A stretch of DNA of 64,000 nt. Origin: a virus. Taxonomy: Duplodnaviria > Caudoviricetes. The stretch covers positions 2,080 through 66,079 of the IMG/VR virus record IMGVR_UViG_3300044816_000060; one strand, written 5' to 3'. Position 1 is the first letter of the stretch; every line of letters begins with the position of its first letter. Position numbers and translations under genes: made by a program. A model generated the notes under the pieces. That model was not told the origin of the DNA and ran no database searches. It saw nothing but the letters and a program-made list of their open reading frames with translations. Shown here piece by piece: positions 45,550 through 55,374 of this stretch.

Positions 45550-46227
45550 TCAGGCCTCGAGTTTCGCGGCGAGCGCGTCGACCTTGGCGGTGAGCGCCTT
45601 GACCGCTGCTTCCACCCGGTCGAGCTGTACCTGCTTGTTGTGCAGGTCGCCGCGGGTGTCCTTGTCCAGCTGGTCTTCCTTCGGCCAGCGGGCGCGGGCC
45701 GCGGCTTCGAATTCGGCGCTCAATTCCGTCACTCCTCCGGTAGGTGTCTTCGTGACGATGGCTAGGACGCGGGCGCACTCAGCCTCGGACTTGATCACTT
45801 CCGTGTGCATGGGGTCAGTCCGGCTTCCCCGGACCCCACCGTGCGCCGGGTCCCCGTAGTCGCCACCCCAACGCAGGCAGCCCTGGGCATCCGCGAGGAT
45901 CCGGTGGATGGCGGCGATCTGCGCGACGCTGAAACTGGCGCGAGCCGGGGTGCCGAGCCCGTGTGCCGGCGCGTTCAGGTCTATGGCGGTGCCGCTTGCG
46001 TGGTTGGACAGCGCTCCGCCGCCTCGGATGTCGCGGTAGGCCCATCCCCAGCTCCAGCCGTCGTGCAGCGGCTCCACTTCGCGGTGCCAGCGGGCGGCGA
46101 ACCAGATCAGCAGGTCACCGGACGGGCCTACCCGGACGGGGATGCGCACGCTGGTCCCGGGGACGGTGACCGTGTGGATGTTCTGGCGGGCCGGGGACGC
46201 CGCGTAGCCGTTCTGCGAGATAGCGAT
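45550..46227 (-). CDS. endolysin, M15 peptidase (apparent ATC start)
   Basis: SQNGY; SNHASGTAIDLN; RWGGDY; DPMH.E. Confidence 0.85.
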   Translation of the reverse strand: MAISQNGYAASPARQNIHTVTVPGTSVRIPVRVGPSGDLLIWFAARWHREVEPLHDGWSWGWAYRDIRGGGALSNHASGTAIDLNAPAHGLGTPARASFSVAQIAAIHRILADAQGCLRWGGDYGDPAHGGVRGSRTDPMHTEVIKSEAECARVLAIVTKTPTGGVTELSAEFEAAARARWPKEDQLDKDTRGDLHNKQVQLDRVEAAVKALTAKVDALAAKLEA

Positions 46228-46336
46228 CGGTCGGCCCTCCCTCGGGCATGGCAGAGACCACCCAGGGACACCGGGTGGTGGGGTTGCGGTCGGCAGCGGG
46301 TAGCTCAGGGCGCGCTGTGCGGCCCAGAGAGGCGGG

Positions 46337-46765
46337 TCAGCCCTCGGGCCGCACCTCGCCTCGGAAGGTGGTTCGACGGTCGAGGTCGGTTCCCAGCTCG
46401 CGGATGAGGTATGGATCGTTTCCAGGTGCATGGGAAGGCGCGTAGGGACGGACGCCGTCGATCTGGAAGAACTCGGCGCATTCGTGGGACTCGACCAGCC
46501 GGAACTGCTCGAACAGCCACCGCCGCCATGATCTCTCGTCGTAGGCGGCGGGCGGCACAGGGAACAGGTGATTGACCCGGATCGGCTCGTCGGGACGGTA
46601 GGTGTTCACGGTCTTCGTGGTGATCGTCAGGGTGAGCCCGATGCTGCCCTGACCGCGATCGAGGTCGGCCAGCTCGACCGCCCAGCCAGGCCGATATGTG
46701 CAGCGGCGGACCAGGTCGGCCAGCTCCAGAGGGAACGGCGCCTGGTTGGTATTGACCGGTAGCAC
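46337..46765 (-). CDS. conserved actinophage hypothetical protein
   Basis: YRPGW...FPVPPAAY...W..WLF....VE.HE..EFF...PYAP.H. Confidence 0.75.
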   Translation of the reverse strand: MLPVNTNQAPFPLELADLVRRCTYRPGWAVELADLDRGQGSIGLTLTITTKTVNTYRPDEPIRVNHLFPVPPAAYDERSWRRWLFEQFRLVESHECAEFFQIDGVRPYAPSHAPGNDPYLIRELGTDLDRRTTFRGEVRPEG

Positions 46766-46837
46766 GTGCGCTCCTTCGGTTGGCCGGAGAGGGTGGGCAG
46801 GGCCGCCGGATCGCAGTCGGCGGCCCTGCCCGGTCGG

Positions 46838-47380
46838 TCAGCCGCCCTCCGGAGCCGGCTCCGGCTCGGGAGCCGGCTCCGGGGAAACGCCCTCCACGAT
46901 TTGGTCGGCCTCGTCGATCGCGGCCTGGTCGATCGCGTCGTCCGCGGCGATCGCGTCCGCCACAGCCTGCGCCTTGACGGCGTCGGCCTCTTCGAGCGCC
47001 TTCTCCAGGAGCGCGATCTTCGCCTGCTGTGCCACGTAGCCGTCGGCGAGGCGACTGATGTCCTTCTTCAGTTCGGTGACGTTCGCTGCCATTTTCTTGA
47101 TCTCCTTCAGGATGGTCTCGATCCCGGACCGGATGGCCCCGGAGTCGCTGAGGTGCTGCCGCCACAGCAGACGCAGGTCGCCCTGTGTCGCCGGCCAGCA
47201 GTCGGGGGGATGCCACCCAGGGGACGGTGGCGAGGATTCATTGGGGTGGTGGGGCATGGTGCTCCTTCGAGGTCGGGTTGGGCACACCGTCACCGCGGCG
47301 GCGGCCAGTAGGAACGCGACCAGGACGAGGACGGCGAGCACGGTGCCCACGGTGCCCACGGTCGCCCACCACCCGTTCAT
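46838..47380 (-). CDS. membrane-anchored coiled-coil protein
   Basis: N-terminal TM segment, acidic coiled coil; start uncertain. Confidence 0.55.
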   Translation of the reverse strand: MNGWWATVGTVGTVLAVLVLVAFLLAAAAVTVCPTRPRRSTMPHHPNESSPPSPGWHPPDCWPATQGDLRLLWRQHLSDSGAIRSGIETILKEIKKMAANVTELKKDISRLADGYVAQQAKIALLEKALEEADAVKAQAVADAIAADDAIDQAAIDEADQIVEGVSPEPAPEPEPAPEGG

Positions 47381-48132
47381 GTGTGGAGCCGTAGTTTGGT
47401 CTTGACCGGCCCGAGGTTGACGTCGCCGCCCACGTCGACCTTTGGCACGACCTTTGGCACGGCGCGGGTGACCGAGCCGAGCAGGCTGCCGCCGCTGCTT
47501 TTGGTCTTTCCGCCGCTGGTCTTGGTCTTGGCCTTGCTGGTGTTCGTGCGCGGTGCGTGGACGACCTGCCGCCGGACAGCCGGCCGTTGGGAGGGTGTCG
47601 ACTGGTTGGCCGTGGGGCGGACCACCGCGACAGGTTCGGGCACCGGCGGCTCCGGTAGGAGGCCCAGCGGCCCCAACGAGGTCGGTTTCGGGCTGCTGCT
47701 GCGGCCGGGCACGATGGGGTCGGTGCAGTGCAGTACGTCGGCGTGGACGTGGCGGATCGTGGTGAATGCCTGCTCGTAGGCTTCCCGCGCCGGGCCTTCG
47801 GTCCGTGAGTTGGGGTCGTAGGAGCCGAGGAATATGCCGAACAGGGGGCAGAGGACTTCGGCGCGGGTGCGGTCCTGCTCGGCGACCAAATCCGAGATTT
47901 TGATGTATCCGATGAGCATCGCCCCGGACAGGATCAGGTCCAGGACCACCAACGCGACCATCCACCGGATCTTCACAGTGGTCTTCCACGCCTTGTGTTT
48001 GACCTCGCCGGCCAGCCCTTCGAGGGCGTCGGCCTGACTCTTCGACGCCGCCGCCAGCCGGGCCACCTCGGCGGCCAGCTCCACCGCCACCACCGCCAGC
48101 GTGCGGCGGCGTTCACTTTCCTCCGGGGTCAT
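47377..48132 (-). CDS. membrane protein
   Basis: Single TM segment, LCPLF..FL, Pro/Ser-rich tail. Confidence 0.7.
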   Translation of the reverse strand: MTPEESERRRTLAVVAVELAAEVARLAAASKSQADALEGLAGEVKHKAWKTTVKIRWMVALVVLDLILSGAMLIGYIKISDLVAEQDRTRAEVLCPLFGIFLGSYDPNSRTEGPAREAYEQAFTTIRHVHADVLHCTDPIVPGRSSSPKPTSLGPLGLLPEPPVPEPVAVVRPTANQSTPSQRPAVRRQVVHAPRTNTSKAKTKTSGGKTKSSGGSLLGSVTRAVPKVVPKVDVGGDVNLGPVKTKLRLHT

Positions 48133-48289
48133 GGCTACGGCTCCTGGTCTACGTCGTCGTCCAGGTCGAACTCGCGCTGCAGCTCGGTCAGGAAAAAGTT
48201 GAGCCTGTCGATCACCGCCATTGCCTGGGCCCGCGTCGTCGCCGACTGTTGGAGCAGTTCGTCGCCGACGAGTTCCCGATCCATGACCA

Positions 48290-48580
48290 TCACGTCGGCC
48301 CCCGCCGCGTCGCCTTCGCCAGTAGCTGCCCCATCAGCTCGGTGGCTTTCACGACCGCCGGGAGGGTGGAGGACTGCATCAGATCGTTGAGGCGCCGCAC
48401 CTCGGCTTCGGCTTTGTCGGCGCGTTCCCGGTGGTGGTCGGAGTTGGCTTTCTCCCGCGCCCACAGTTCCCGTACTGCCCACAGCAGCGCGGCGGCGAGG
48501 ATCCCGATACCTCCGTAGGACACCAGCCCGGGGACGGGTTCGGAGGCTTCGGCGAGGGCGACGGCGGCCAGGTACAGCAC
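48290..48580 (-). CDS. membrane protein (lysis-region, holin-like)
   Basis: YGGIGILA TM segment plus coiled coil. Confidence 0.65.
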   Translation of the reverse strand: MLYLAAVALAEASEPVPGLVSYGGIGILAAALLWAVRELWAREKANSDHHRERADKAEAEVRRLNDLMQSSTLPAVVKATELMGQLLAKATRRGPT

Positions 48581-48582
48581 CC

Positions 48583-48960
48583 CTAGGCCCGCTGTTTGGT
48601 TTCGCGGTCGGCGTCGAGTCCGGTGCCGACGTCGTAGAGGACCAGGCCGTGCCAGCCCATTGAGCTGAGCGCCAGGACGAGGTCGCCGTAGGGCAGCGCG
48701 ACGGCGGGCGTGATCGACGCTACCGCCGCGAACAAGAACACCGACCACACGACCATGCCGATACCGGCTCCGGCTACCGACCACCCGAAACCCATCAGGG
48801 TGGTTGCCGCCAGCAGCAGCAGTCCACACCAGAACGTCATCCCGCCGGTGGTCAGGTGCAGCCCGCCGTACAGGATGTTGATCAGGAGTAGCCAGGTCAG
48901 CCAGTGTTTCCTAATTGGATCAATGCTCGCCCACACCGACATCCGCTTCGGGACGTTCAT
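48583..48960 (-). CDS. membrane protein
   Basis: Four hydrophobic segments. Confidence 0.7.
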   Translation of the reverse strand: MNVPKRMSVWASIDPIRKHWLTWLLLINILYGGLHLTTGGMTFWCGLLLLAATTLMGFGWSVAGAGIGMVVWSVFLFAAVASITPAVALPYGDLVLALSSMGWHGLVLYDVGTGLDADRETKQRA

Positions 48961-49269
48961 GGCCGTGCGGTCTGGTCGGACAGCGGGGTCTGGGCTGCCA
49001 ACATTGGTGTGACCTCATCCTTTTCGGGGCCGCGCGGAGTACTCGGTCAGTGCCCCTTCAGTGCGAGGTAGGTGGCCAGTGCTGTGGCGGCGAAACCGAT
49101 CAGGTCGTCGTGCTGGCGTTGCATGTGCTCGCGCAGCGTGTCGATGGTCCAGCCGCTCGTCGTCCCGTCAGACACCGCGACCCCCCAAGGACGTCGAACC
49201 CAGGTTTAGGTGTCGGACGTGTCGTCGGTGGCGCCCAACACGAGCCGGATCAGCAGAAAACCCACTCAG

Positions 49270-49728
49270 TCAGAACCATTCGATCGGCACCCGGAAGAAC
49301 TCCTGGCCACTGGCGCGGAGCAGGTACAGCCACTCGAACCCGGAGGGGGCTCTGGCGTAACAGGCGCGATGTCCGTCGTAACCGGCGGACGCGCTGTAGG
49401 GCAAGAACGGCCCTGCGTCGAGCTGTCCGGTGACGAGGTCAAGGACGTAGGTGCGCTGGCTGACCTCCTTCTGAATCCACAGTTTCCGCCGCGACGGCAG
49501 CAGACACGTACTCGCCCCAGTGGTGAAGGTTTCGCCAGCGGCGAGCGTAGTAGGTGTCGACCAGGTGTTCAGCCCGGCGTCGTACAGGAACAGAGTCGCG
49601 GAGGCCGCCCCCTTCAAGCAGTACAACCGGAAGGGTCCCGCGACGTTGGGCGGGATCAGCTCAGATCCGCCGGATGGCCCGGAGGGAAGCGCCGCCAGAG
49701 ATGTCCAGCTCACCGTTGTCGCGGTCAC
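49270..49728 (-). CDS. partial beta-propeller/kelch-like protein
   Basis: WTSLA.LP, LYDAGLNTWS blades; only 152 aa. Confidence 0.55.
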   Translation of the reverse strand: MTATTVSWTSLAALPSGPSGGSELIPPNVAGPFRLYCLKGAASATLFLYDAGLNTWSTPTTLAAGETFTTGASTCLLPSRRKLWIQKEVSQRTYVLDLVTGQLDAGPFLPYSASAGYDGHRACYARAPSGFEWLYLLRASGQEFFRVPIEWF

Positions 49729-50103
49729 GCGGCCCGCGCCACAGTCAGGTGCCGGTGGTGTCGTCGACCTGGCCGAGCAGGGCGCGGGCAGCGGCCTCCG
49801 TCATCAGCTCAGGCTCACCCGTCCGCTGCTTGTCGACACCGAACCGGGTCACCAACCACAGCTCGCCGTCCTGACGTAGCCGCAGCCACCCGTCTCCGAG
49901 GTCGATTTCGGCGTGGGCGCCGGCGCAGCACTGGTGGGGGCGGGCGCCCGGCCGGGGGGTTACCGGGCAGATCGGGGTCTAGCGGAGGCTGATCGTCAGG
50001 GCCGAAGGTCTGAGCGTAGCCGTTACCCGGCGGCACCGGCCCACGCCAGGACCACGGGGGTCACCCATCCGGTGTTTCCCGCGCCGGACAAAGGCATTCG
50101 CTG

Positions 50104-52167
50104 TCAGCCGCTGAGGATCGCGCTGATGGCCTGAGCGGTGCGGGTGCCGACGACGACGTGCCCGAACGGGGTGGGGTGCACCGAGTCGGTGTCTCGGCAC
50201 ACATCAGCGGTGCCGTTCGCGGCTTGTAAGCCGATCCCCCCGGTGCCGGTGAACCACGACGTGAACGGAGTGACCGTCGCCCCGGACGAGTGGTTGTAGA
50301 CCAGGGCGGGCACAGTGAGGGTGTAAGGCCCGGAGCCGGACACGGCGGACACGGTGCGGGCCTCGCCGTTCGCCCCCGAGTCGATCACCAACTGTTGTCC
50401 GACCGCGTACGTCGCGACCGTGCTGATCGTAGTGGCGCCGATCGACGCGGCCGAGCTGAGCGTCGTCGCCATCGAAGGGGTGAAGTTCAGCGGCTCGATC
50501 AGCGGCACCCTGCCCTTGATCTTCGGGGCGACTTCGGTGGCGGCTTGGCGGATCGCCAGCGCCGCGTCCATGAAATCCCCCGCCCGGGGGTCGGCGGTGG
50601 ACTGTTGTGGCTGCCCGGAGATGGCGTACGGGCCGACCACGAATATCCGCGCCGTGGGATAGGCGGCGACCAGGTCGAGGATGAGTCGACGCAGCTCGGT
50701 GTAGAGAGCCGAGGATGTGTAGGCCGCGCTAAAGACGGCGCGATCGTTGGTGCCCAGCGCGAGCACCAGGTTGAATGGCAGCGGGTTGCCGTTGCCGTCC
50801 TTCGGGACGTTTGGGTCCAGTGCCCCGTACCAGCGTTCTTTGAGTTTCCAGCCGCCGGTGAGCCCGGAGAAATCCACCCCCAGAGTGGCTGTCGAGGATG
50901 CGGCGGCACCACGGCCGATGAGGAATATGTTGCCGAAGCTGTTGCTCATCAGGCTGCCCATAACGGAGAACACCCCCGACCCGAACGCGGTGTCCGCCGC
51001 GGTCTGCACGGCGGACGCGAGCGCGTTGTAGGCGATCGCCGCCGTGGTGACACCGTTCCATGTGATGGTCCAGGTCCCGGCGCTACTGCCTCCCGTCAAC
51101 ACCCACGCGTTGGCGGGGGGAAGCAGTCGGTCTCTTCCGGTCAGGGCGCTGACGGAGCCGTCGTTGAGGTACCCGGTGCCGGGGATCAGCGCATCCACAG
51201 CCAGCGACCAGCCCAGCAGCCGACAGGCGTGCCCTGAGGATGAGTCCACTATGCCCGCGGTGCCGCCGGTGCCGTAGGAAATGGAGTCCCCCACCCAGAC
51301 GGTGGGCGTTCCCAGCGCCGGTGGGGTGGGGGTAACGGTGTCGATGGCGGCGGTGTAGCAGCCGAAGATCTGGGAGTTCGCGGTTTCCACGCGGTAGGTG
51401 CGCATCCGGCGTTCCCCCGCCCAATCCAGCGAGACGTACTGGCCGCTGCTGGTGGTCAGCAGATCCACCCGGTGCAGGGTGATGGCGAACGTGGATGTGG
51501 AGTCCGGGGCGGTGGTCCACGCGCTGGTGACGGTGGCGACCTTCGTCGAGCCGGTGTAGGAGGCGGAGGTGGCGCCGATCTGACGGACCTGCCCGGTACC
51601 CGTCCCGCCGGTGATCTTCACCCAACGGGTGGCGTAGAACCCGTTCGTCGCCGAGGCTCCCGAGTCCAGGGTGATCGTGGTGGAGCTTCCGGCCTGGGCG
51701 GTCCCTGAGCGGATCGCTTGGCCCACCATGAGCACTTCCGCGCCGTCGACGAGAACCCGAGTCCACCCAGGATCGTTGGCGCTGATGTAGACGCTCAGAT
51801 AGGGGGCGTCGCAGAGAAACTCGGCGGTGACCGACCCGAACCCCGTGTTGAGCTGCGAATAGCGGGCCTTCACCGCGAGCCAGAACGGGGAGGAGACGTT
51901 AGAAGACTTCGCCAGCTGCCCGCCACCGAAGGTGTATTCGGCGGTGTTGAGTGCGTACCGGTCGGTGGCGCCCCCGGTCGCCCCGGGGTGGTTGGTCACG
52001 ATCCCCGACGTGGTGGTCCCGGAGGTGGTGATGGTGGGGGTGGCGGTGACCGGGGATTTGCGGGACGGCACGACCTGGCCGAGGGTCCGCGAGGCCACCG
52101 CGATCGGCCCGTCGTAGCGGGCCGAGGCGCTCACCTGGCTCAGTGCGGGAGGGTCAAGTAGTCCCAT
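50104..52167 (-). CDS. tail-associated SGNH/GDSL esterase
   Basis: VGDSIS, GTGY, LGTND, DSVHPT blocks. Confidence 0.85.
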   Translation of the reverse strand: MGLLDPPALSQVSASARYDGPIAVASRTLGQVVPSRKSPVTATPTITTSGTTTSGIVTNHPGATGGATDRYALNTAEYTFGGGQLAKSSNVSSPFWLAVKARYSQLNTGFGSVTAEFLCDAPYLSVYISANDPGWTRVLVDGAEVLMVGQAIRSGTAQAGSSTTITLDSGASATNGFYATRWVKITGGTGTGQVRQIGATSASYTGSTKVATVTSAWTTAPDSTSTFAITLHRVDLLTTSSGQYVSLDWAGERRMRTYRVETANSQIFGCYTAAIDTVTPTPPALGTPTVWVGDSISYGTGGTAGIVDSSSGHACRLLGWSLAVDALIPGTGYLNDGSVSALTGRDRLLPPANAWVLTGGSSAGTWTITWNGVTTAAIAYNALASAVQTAADTAFGSGVFSVMGSLMSNSFGNIFLIGRGAAASSTATLGVDFSGLTGGWKLKERWYGALDPNVPKDGNGNPLPFNLVLALGTNDRAVFSAAYTSSALYTELRRLILDLVAAYPTARIFVVGPYAISGQPQQSTADPRAGDFMDAALAIRQAATEVAPKIKGRVPLIEPLNFTPSMATTLSSAASIGATTISTVATYAVGQQLVIDSGANGEARTVSAVSGSGPYTLTVPALVYNHSSGATVTPFTSWFTGTGGIGLQAANGTADVCRDTDSVHPTPFGHVVVGTRTAQAISAILSG

Positions 52168-53246
52168 CAGGACACCACCAATCCGGGTTGCGCCGTGACC
52201 GCACCCGCGCCGTCACGGGTCACCGCCGTCTGAGCGATCGTCTTTGTGGGTCCGGACGCGGGGATGTAGGTGACGTGGTAGGCGTCGATCGCCCCGGGGA
52301 ACGCGGTGGACGCGGTGTCGGTGGTGAACGTTCCGGTTGACCCGTCCGGCCACACCACCGACGCGGTGGTAATGGCCTCGTTGGCGTCGCGGGTAGCCGA
52401 CACCAGTCGGAACGCCTGGGCGTAGGCCCACGCCAGTAGATGGGTGTTCAGGACCGCGCCATAGCGCGCATCCAGGGTGGCCAACGGCTTCACGTTCAAC
52501 ATCGGCTGGTAGTCGGTGCTGAACGCCTGGTAGGTGACGAACTCGCCGCTACTACCGCCCGGGGCGAGACTCGGTGTGACCGAGGCGCTCCCGACGATGG
52601 TGTAGCCGGCCGGCGCGGCGATCGTCGGGGCCGTGGTACCGGTCTTCCACCGCCACCCCCACGGGCCACCAGCGGTGGGGCCGGTGACGATGAAGGTGCC
52701 GCCCGATGTGTCGATGACGACGATCTCGTTGGGCTGAGCGGTGTAGCTCGCGGTCTTTGTGGCGGTCTGAGTGAACGAGGTCTGTTTGGCGTTCAGCGCG
52801 GTCTGCTGAGCGGTCGAGACCGGTTTCGCCGAATCCGCCGTATTGTCGGTCGACCCGAGCCCAACATCACCCTTCACCAGCCCCATAGGTGAGCTGATGA
52901 CCGGCGCGGTCAAGGTCTTGTTCGTCAGGGTCGCCGTAGCGGAATTCTTTGCAATATCGCTGGTGTTGTCGACGTTCCCGAGACCGACATCAGCCTTGAC
53001 TAGGGCTAGAGCGGGTTTCAACGCGGCCATGGTGAGGGTGTTCCAGACCCCGGCGACCCGCTGCAACAGTGACCCGTCAGCGGGTACCAGCGCGGCGATT
53101 GCGGTCAAGTCCGCGTCCAGTGGCTGTGCGCCACTACTCACGCCAGCGATCAGCGCCCGGATGTCCGTGTGCGCGGTGCCGGAGCTGTTATGGGCGGTGA
53201 CTTTCGCCGCCGACCCGGTGGGGGTTTCGATGGGAATCTGCGCCAC
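52167..53246 (-). CDS. tail fiber-like protein
   Basis: AQPLDADLTAIA; K.DVGLG.VDNT.D repeats; KPVSTAQQTAL. Confidence 0.8.
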   Translation of the reverse strand: MAQIPIETPTGSAAKVTAHNSSGTAHTDIRALIAGVSSGAQPLDADLTAIAALVPADGSLLQRVAGVWNTLTMAALKPALALVKADVGLGNVDNTSDIAKNSATATLTNKTLTAPVISSPMGLVKGDVGLGSTDNTADSAKPVSTAQQTALNAKQTSFTQTATKTASYTAQPNEIVVIDTSGGTFIVTGPTAGGPWGWRWKTGTTAPTIAAPAGYTIVGSASVTPSLAPGGSSGEFVTYQAFSTDYQPMLNVKPLATLDARYGAVLNTHLLAWAYAQAFRLVSATRDANEAITTASVVWPDGSTGTFTTDTASTAFPGAIDAYHVTYIPASGPTKTIAQTAVTRDGAGAVTAQPGLVVS

Positions 53247-53248
53247 AA

Positions 53249-53566
53249 TCAGTCTCCCGCTGGTTGAGTGAGGATCAAATGGCCGTCCGCGTCCAGAGAC
53301 GCGACCGCGGCCTCGTCCGGCACCGCGCCAGCCGAGTCGTAGTAGGGGTTCCCGGACGGGTCGATGCCCCAGTTGGAGGTGAGCGTGACCACCCACTCGC
53401 CCGCGGTCAGGGTGGGCGGCCCGAGATGACCGGACGAGGCGTCGCCCGCCGGGCCCGGTGGGCCAGCGACAGGCACCACGTGAGCCCCGGCCGGGACTGG
53501 GGGCCCCATCACCAGCCGTGGCGTCGTCGGCGGCCGGATAACCAGCCGCCCAGGCAGATCAGACAT
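53249..53566 (-). CDS. minor tail protein
   Basis: VPVAGPPGPAG; WGID..GNPYY. Confidence 0.65.
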   Translation of the reverse strand: MSDLPGRLVIRPPTTPRLVMGPPVPAGAHVVPVAGPPGPAGDASSGHLGPPTLTAGEWVVTLTSNWGIDPSGNPYYDSAGAVPDEAAVASLDADGHLILTQPAGD

Positions 53567-53569
53567 CCC

Positions 53570-53893
53570 TCAGACCACCCGACATCTACCGGTGTCCCAC
53601 AGAAGATCAGCCGGACCTAGCTCGTAGTGCAGCCGCACCCTCTTCGGCGGCCCGGCCGCGATGACCGCACCCACCAAGATCTCGTCGACGTTCCAGCGGG
53701 CGATGTGCGGATCGGCGACGTCGATGGTGGCCCGCCACGCGACCGGCGGGTCCAACTCGGGGAACCGCAGTTCGATCCACGCGGCCGGGTCGAACGGATC
53801 GCCGTCGGAGGCGACCTCACCGACGAAGTCCGCGTCGGCGGGCAGGTTCAGGGTGAACCCGGCCGGTTGCGGCCCGAGGACGACATCGCTCAC
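53570..53893 (-). CDS. minor tail protein
   Basis: LG.QP....L.L...ADF...W..G motif; synteny. Confidence 0.65.
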   Translation of the reverse strand: MSDVVLGPQPAGFTLNLPADADFVGEVASDGDPFDPAAWIELRFPELDPPVAWRATIDVADPHIARWNVDEILVGAVIAAGPPKRVRLHYELGPADLLWDTGRCRVV

Positions 53894-54022
53894 CGGTGGC
53901 CTCCTCGATCGTTCGTTCCGGGCCCCGGCGGGGGCTGCTGGTCAGGCTCAGCTGGCTCAGGACACCGGCGGCGGCTCGTGCGGGTCCACCACCGGGGCAC
54001 CCAGCAGGCGTGCAGCCAACTC

Positions 54023-54706
54023 CTACCGGGCGAGCAGGGCGGCCATGCCGATCCGTCGAGATCGAATTCCAGGTGGGTCCGGCACCGGTTGATAGGTCTC
54101 GACGCACGCCCCCCAGGCAGCGGATTGCGACGAGGTCACCGTGCGGGTCCCCGCCGCCCCGGCGGGTAGGACTTCGCTGTACAGCGCGACGGCGTGACCG
54201 GTGCTGGACGCAACGAGCGAGCTGGCGACCAGCGTGAAGCTGCCCGGCGGGGTGAAGCTGGGCGCGCTCGCCTGGTTGAACTGGTGGAAGCTGTAGACGC
54301 CGAGGCCGGTGACGGACGGGGTGACGTCCGGGGCGACGAGCGCGGTCTGGCTCGTGGAGTTGCCTTGCGCGACCGGGTCGACATCCAGCGGGTCCGGCGG
54401 GTTGGTGTCCCGGAGGTTGAAGGCGATGGCCCCGTAGAACACGGTCCCGGAGAAGCTAAACGTCGTGCTGGGCTCGCTAGCGAACGCTAACCCCACCCGC
54501 TGGAACACGTAGATCCGTCGAGTGCTGGCCAACAGTGTGTTGGACACCACCGACCATCCGGATGGGGTGGTGATCGTCGCGCCGGAGATCGAGATCCGTA
54601 ACTCCCGGTAGTCCCCGGCCAGCTGACCGGTGAGTGGGGCGACCACAAGGGAGGCGGCGTTCCCGCTGTCGGTGGCGGACGCAACAATCGACGGCGTGAC
54701 GCTCAC
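54023..54706 (-). CDS. minor tail protein
   Basis: S/T-rich beta protein; ITTPSGW, FTPP..F. Confidence 0.65.
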   Translation of the reverse strand: MSVTPSIVASATDSGNAASLVVAPLTGQLAGDYRELRISISGATITTPSGWSVVSNTLLASTRRIYVFQRVGLAFASEPSTTFSFSGTVFYGAIAFNLRDTNPPDPLDVDPVAQGNSTSQTALVAPDVTPSVTGLGVYSFHQFNQASAPSFTPPGSFTLVASSLVASSTGHAVALYSEVLPAGAAGTRTVTSSQSAAWGACVETYQPVPDPPGIRSRRIGMAALLAR

Positions 54707-55365
54707 AGCGGCAGCACCAGCAGTACCCGGTCGGCGAATGTTCCGGTGCTGCCGCTGGTCTGGCTGCGGTATTTCGCGGTGAACACGGTCGTCCCCGGCG
54801 TCAACCCGGCGAACAGGATTAGCCTGGAGCCGCTGTGCGTGCCGTCGGTGAACAGCTCCCGGCTGCCCGCCGCCGCAGCCACAGTGCTCGCGCCGGACAC
54901 CGCCACAGACATCGCCGCCCCGTCCGGGTTGGACGGCGTGGTGATGGACGCCGACGCGACAACCAGGGCCCGGCCCGAGCCGCCGACGACGGCCGTCACG
55001 TACGGGCCGACCGTGGTCAAGTCACCGTAGGCGGTCACAGTCGTGGACTCCGACGTGGCCACCGTGGAGGTGAGCAGCCCGGAAAACACCGACGGTGAGT
55101 TGCCGAGCATTCCCAGGACGGTGGTGTCCCCGTCGGCGATCTCCAGGTCGACATAGTCACCGACGGCGGGCACATAGTTGGAGTCCGACCGCACACCTGT
55201 GATGGGGGTGGGGTCGGCGCCTTTGGTGACGGTGGCGGTGCCGTCGGTGTTGATGCCGGTGACGACACCCTTGTACCGCTCCCGTGCCGGCTCCGTGCCC
55301 CGGGCGTCGCGGCCCAGCAGGAGGTGCGCGAGGAGCCGGTTCTCGTCGACAGCCACCGGCGGCAC
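54703..55365 (-). CDS. minor tail protein
   Basis: Y.PAVGD.V..VLG N-terminal domain; TSESTT..YGDL.TVGP. Confidence 0.7.
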   Translation of the reverse strand: MPPVAVDENRLLAHLLLGRDARGTEPARERYKGVVTGINTDGTATVTKGADPTPITGVRSDSNYVPAVGDYVDLEIADGDTTVLGMLGNSPSVFSGLLTSTVATSESTTVTAYGDLTTVGPYVTAVVGGSGRALVVASASITTPSNPDGAAMSVAVSGASTVAAAAGSRELFTDGTHSGSRLILFAGLTPGTTVFTAKYRSQTSGSTGTFADRVLLVLPL

Positions 55366-55374
55366 CCCCCTTTT

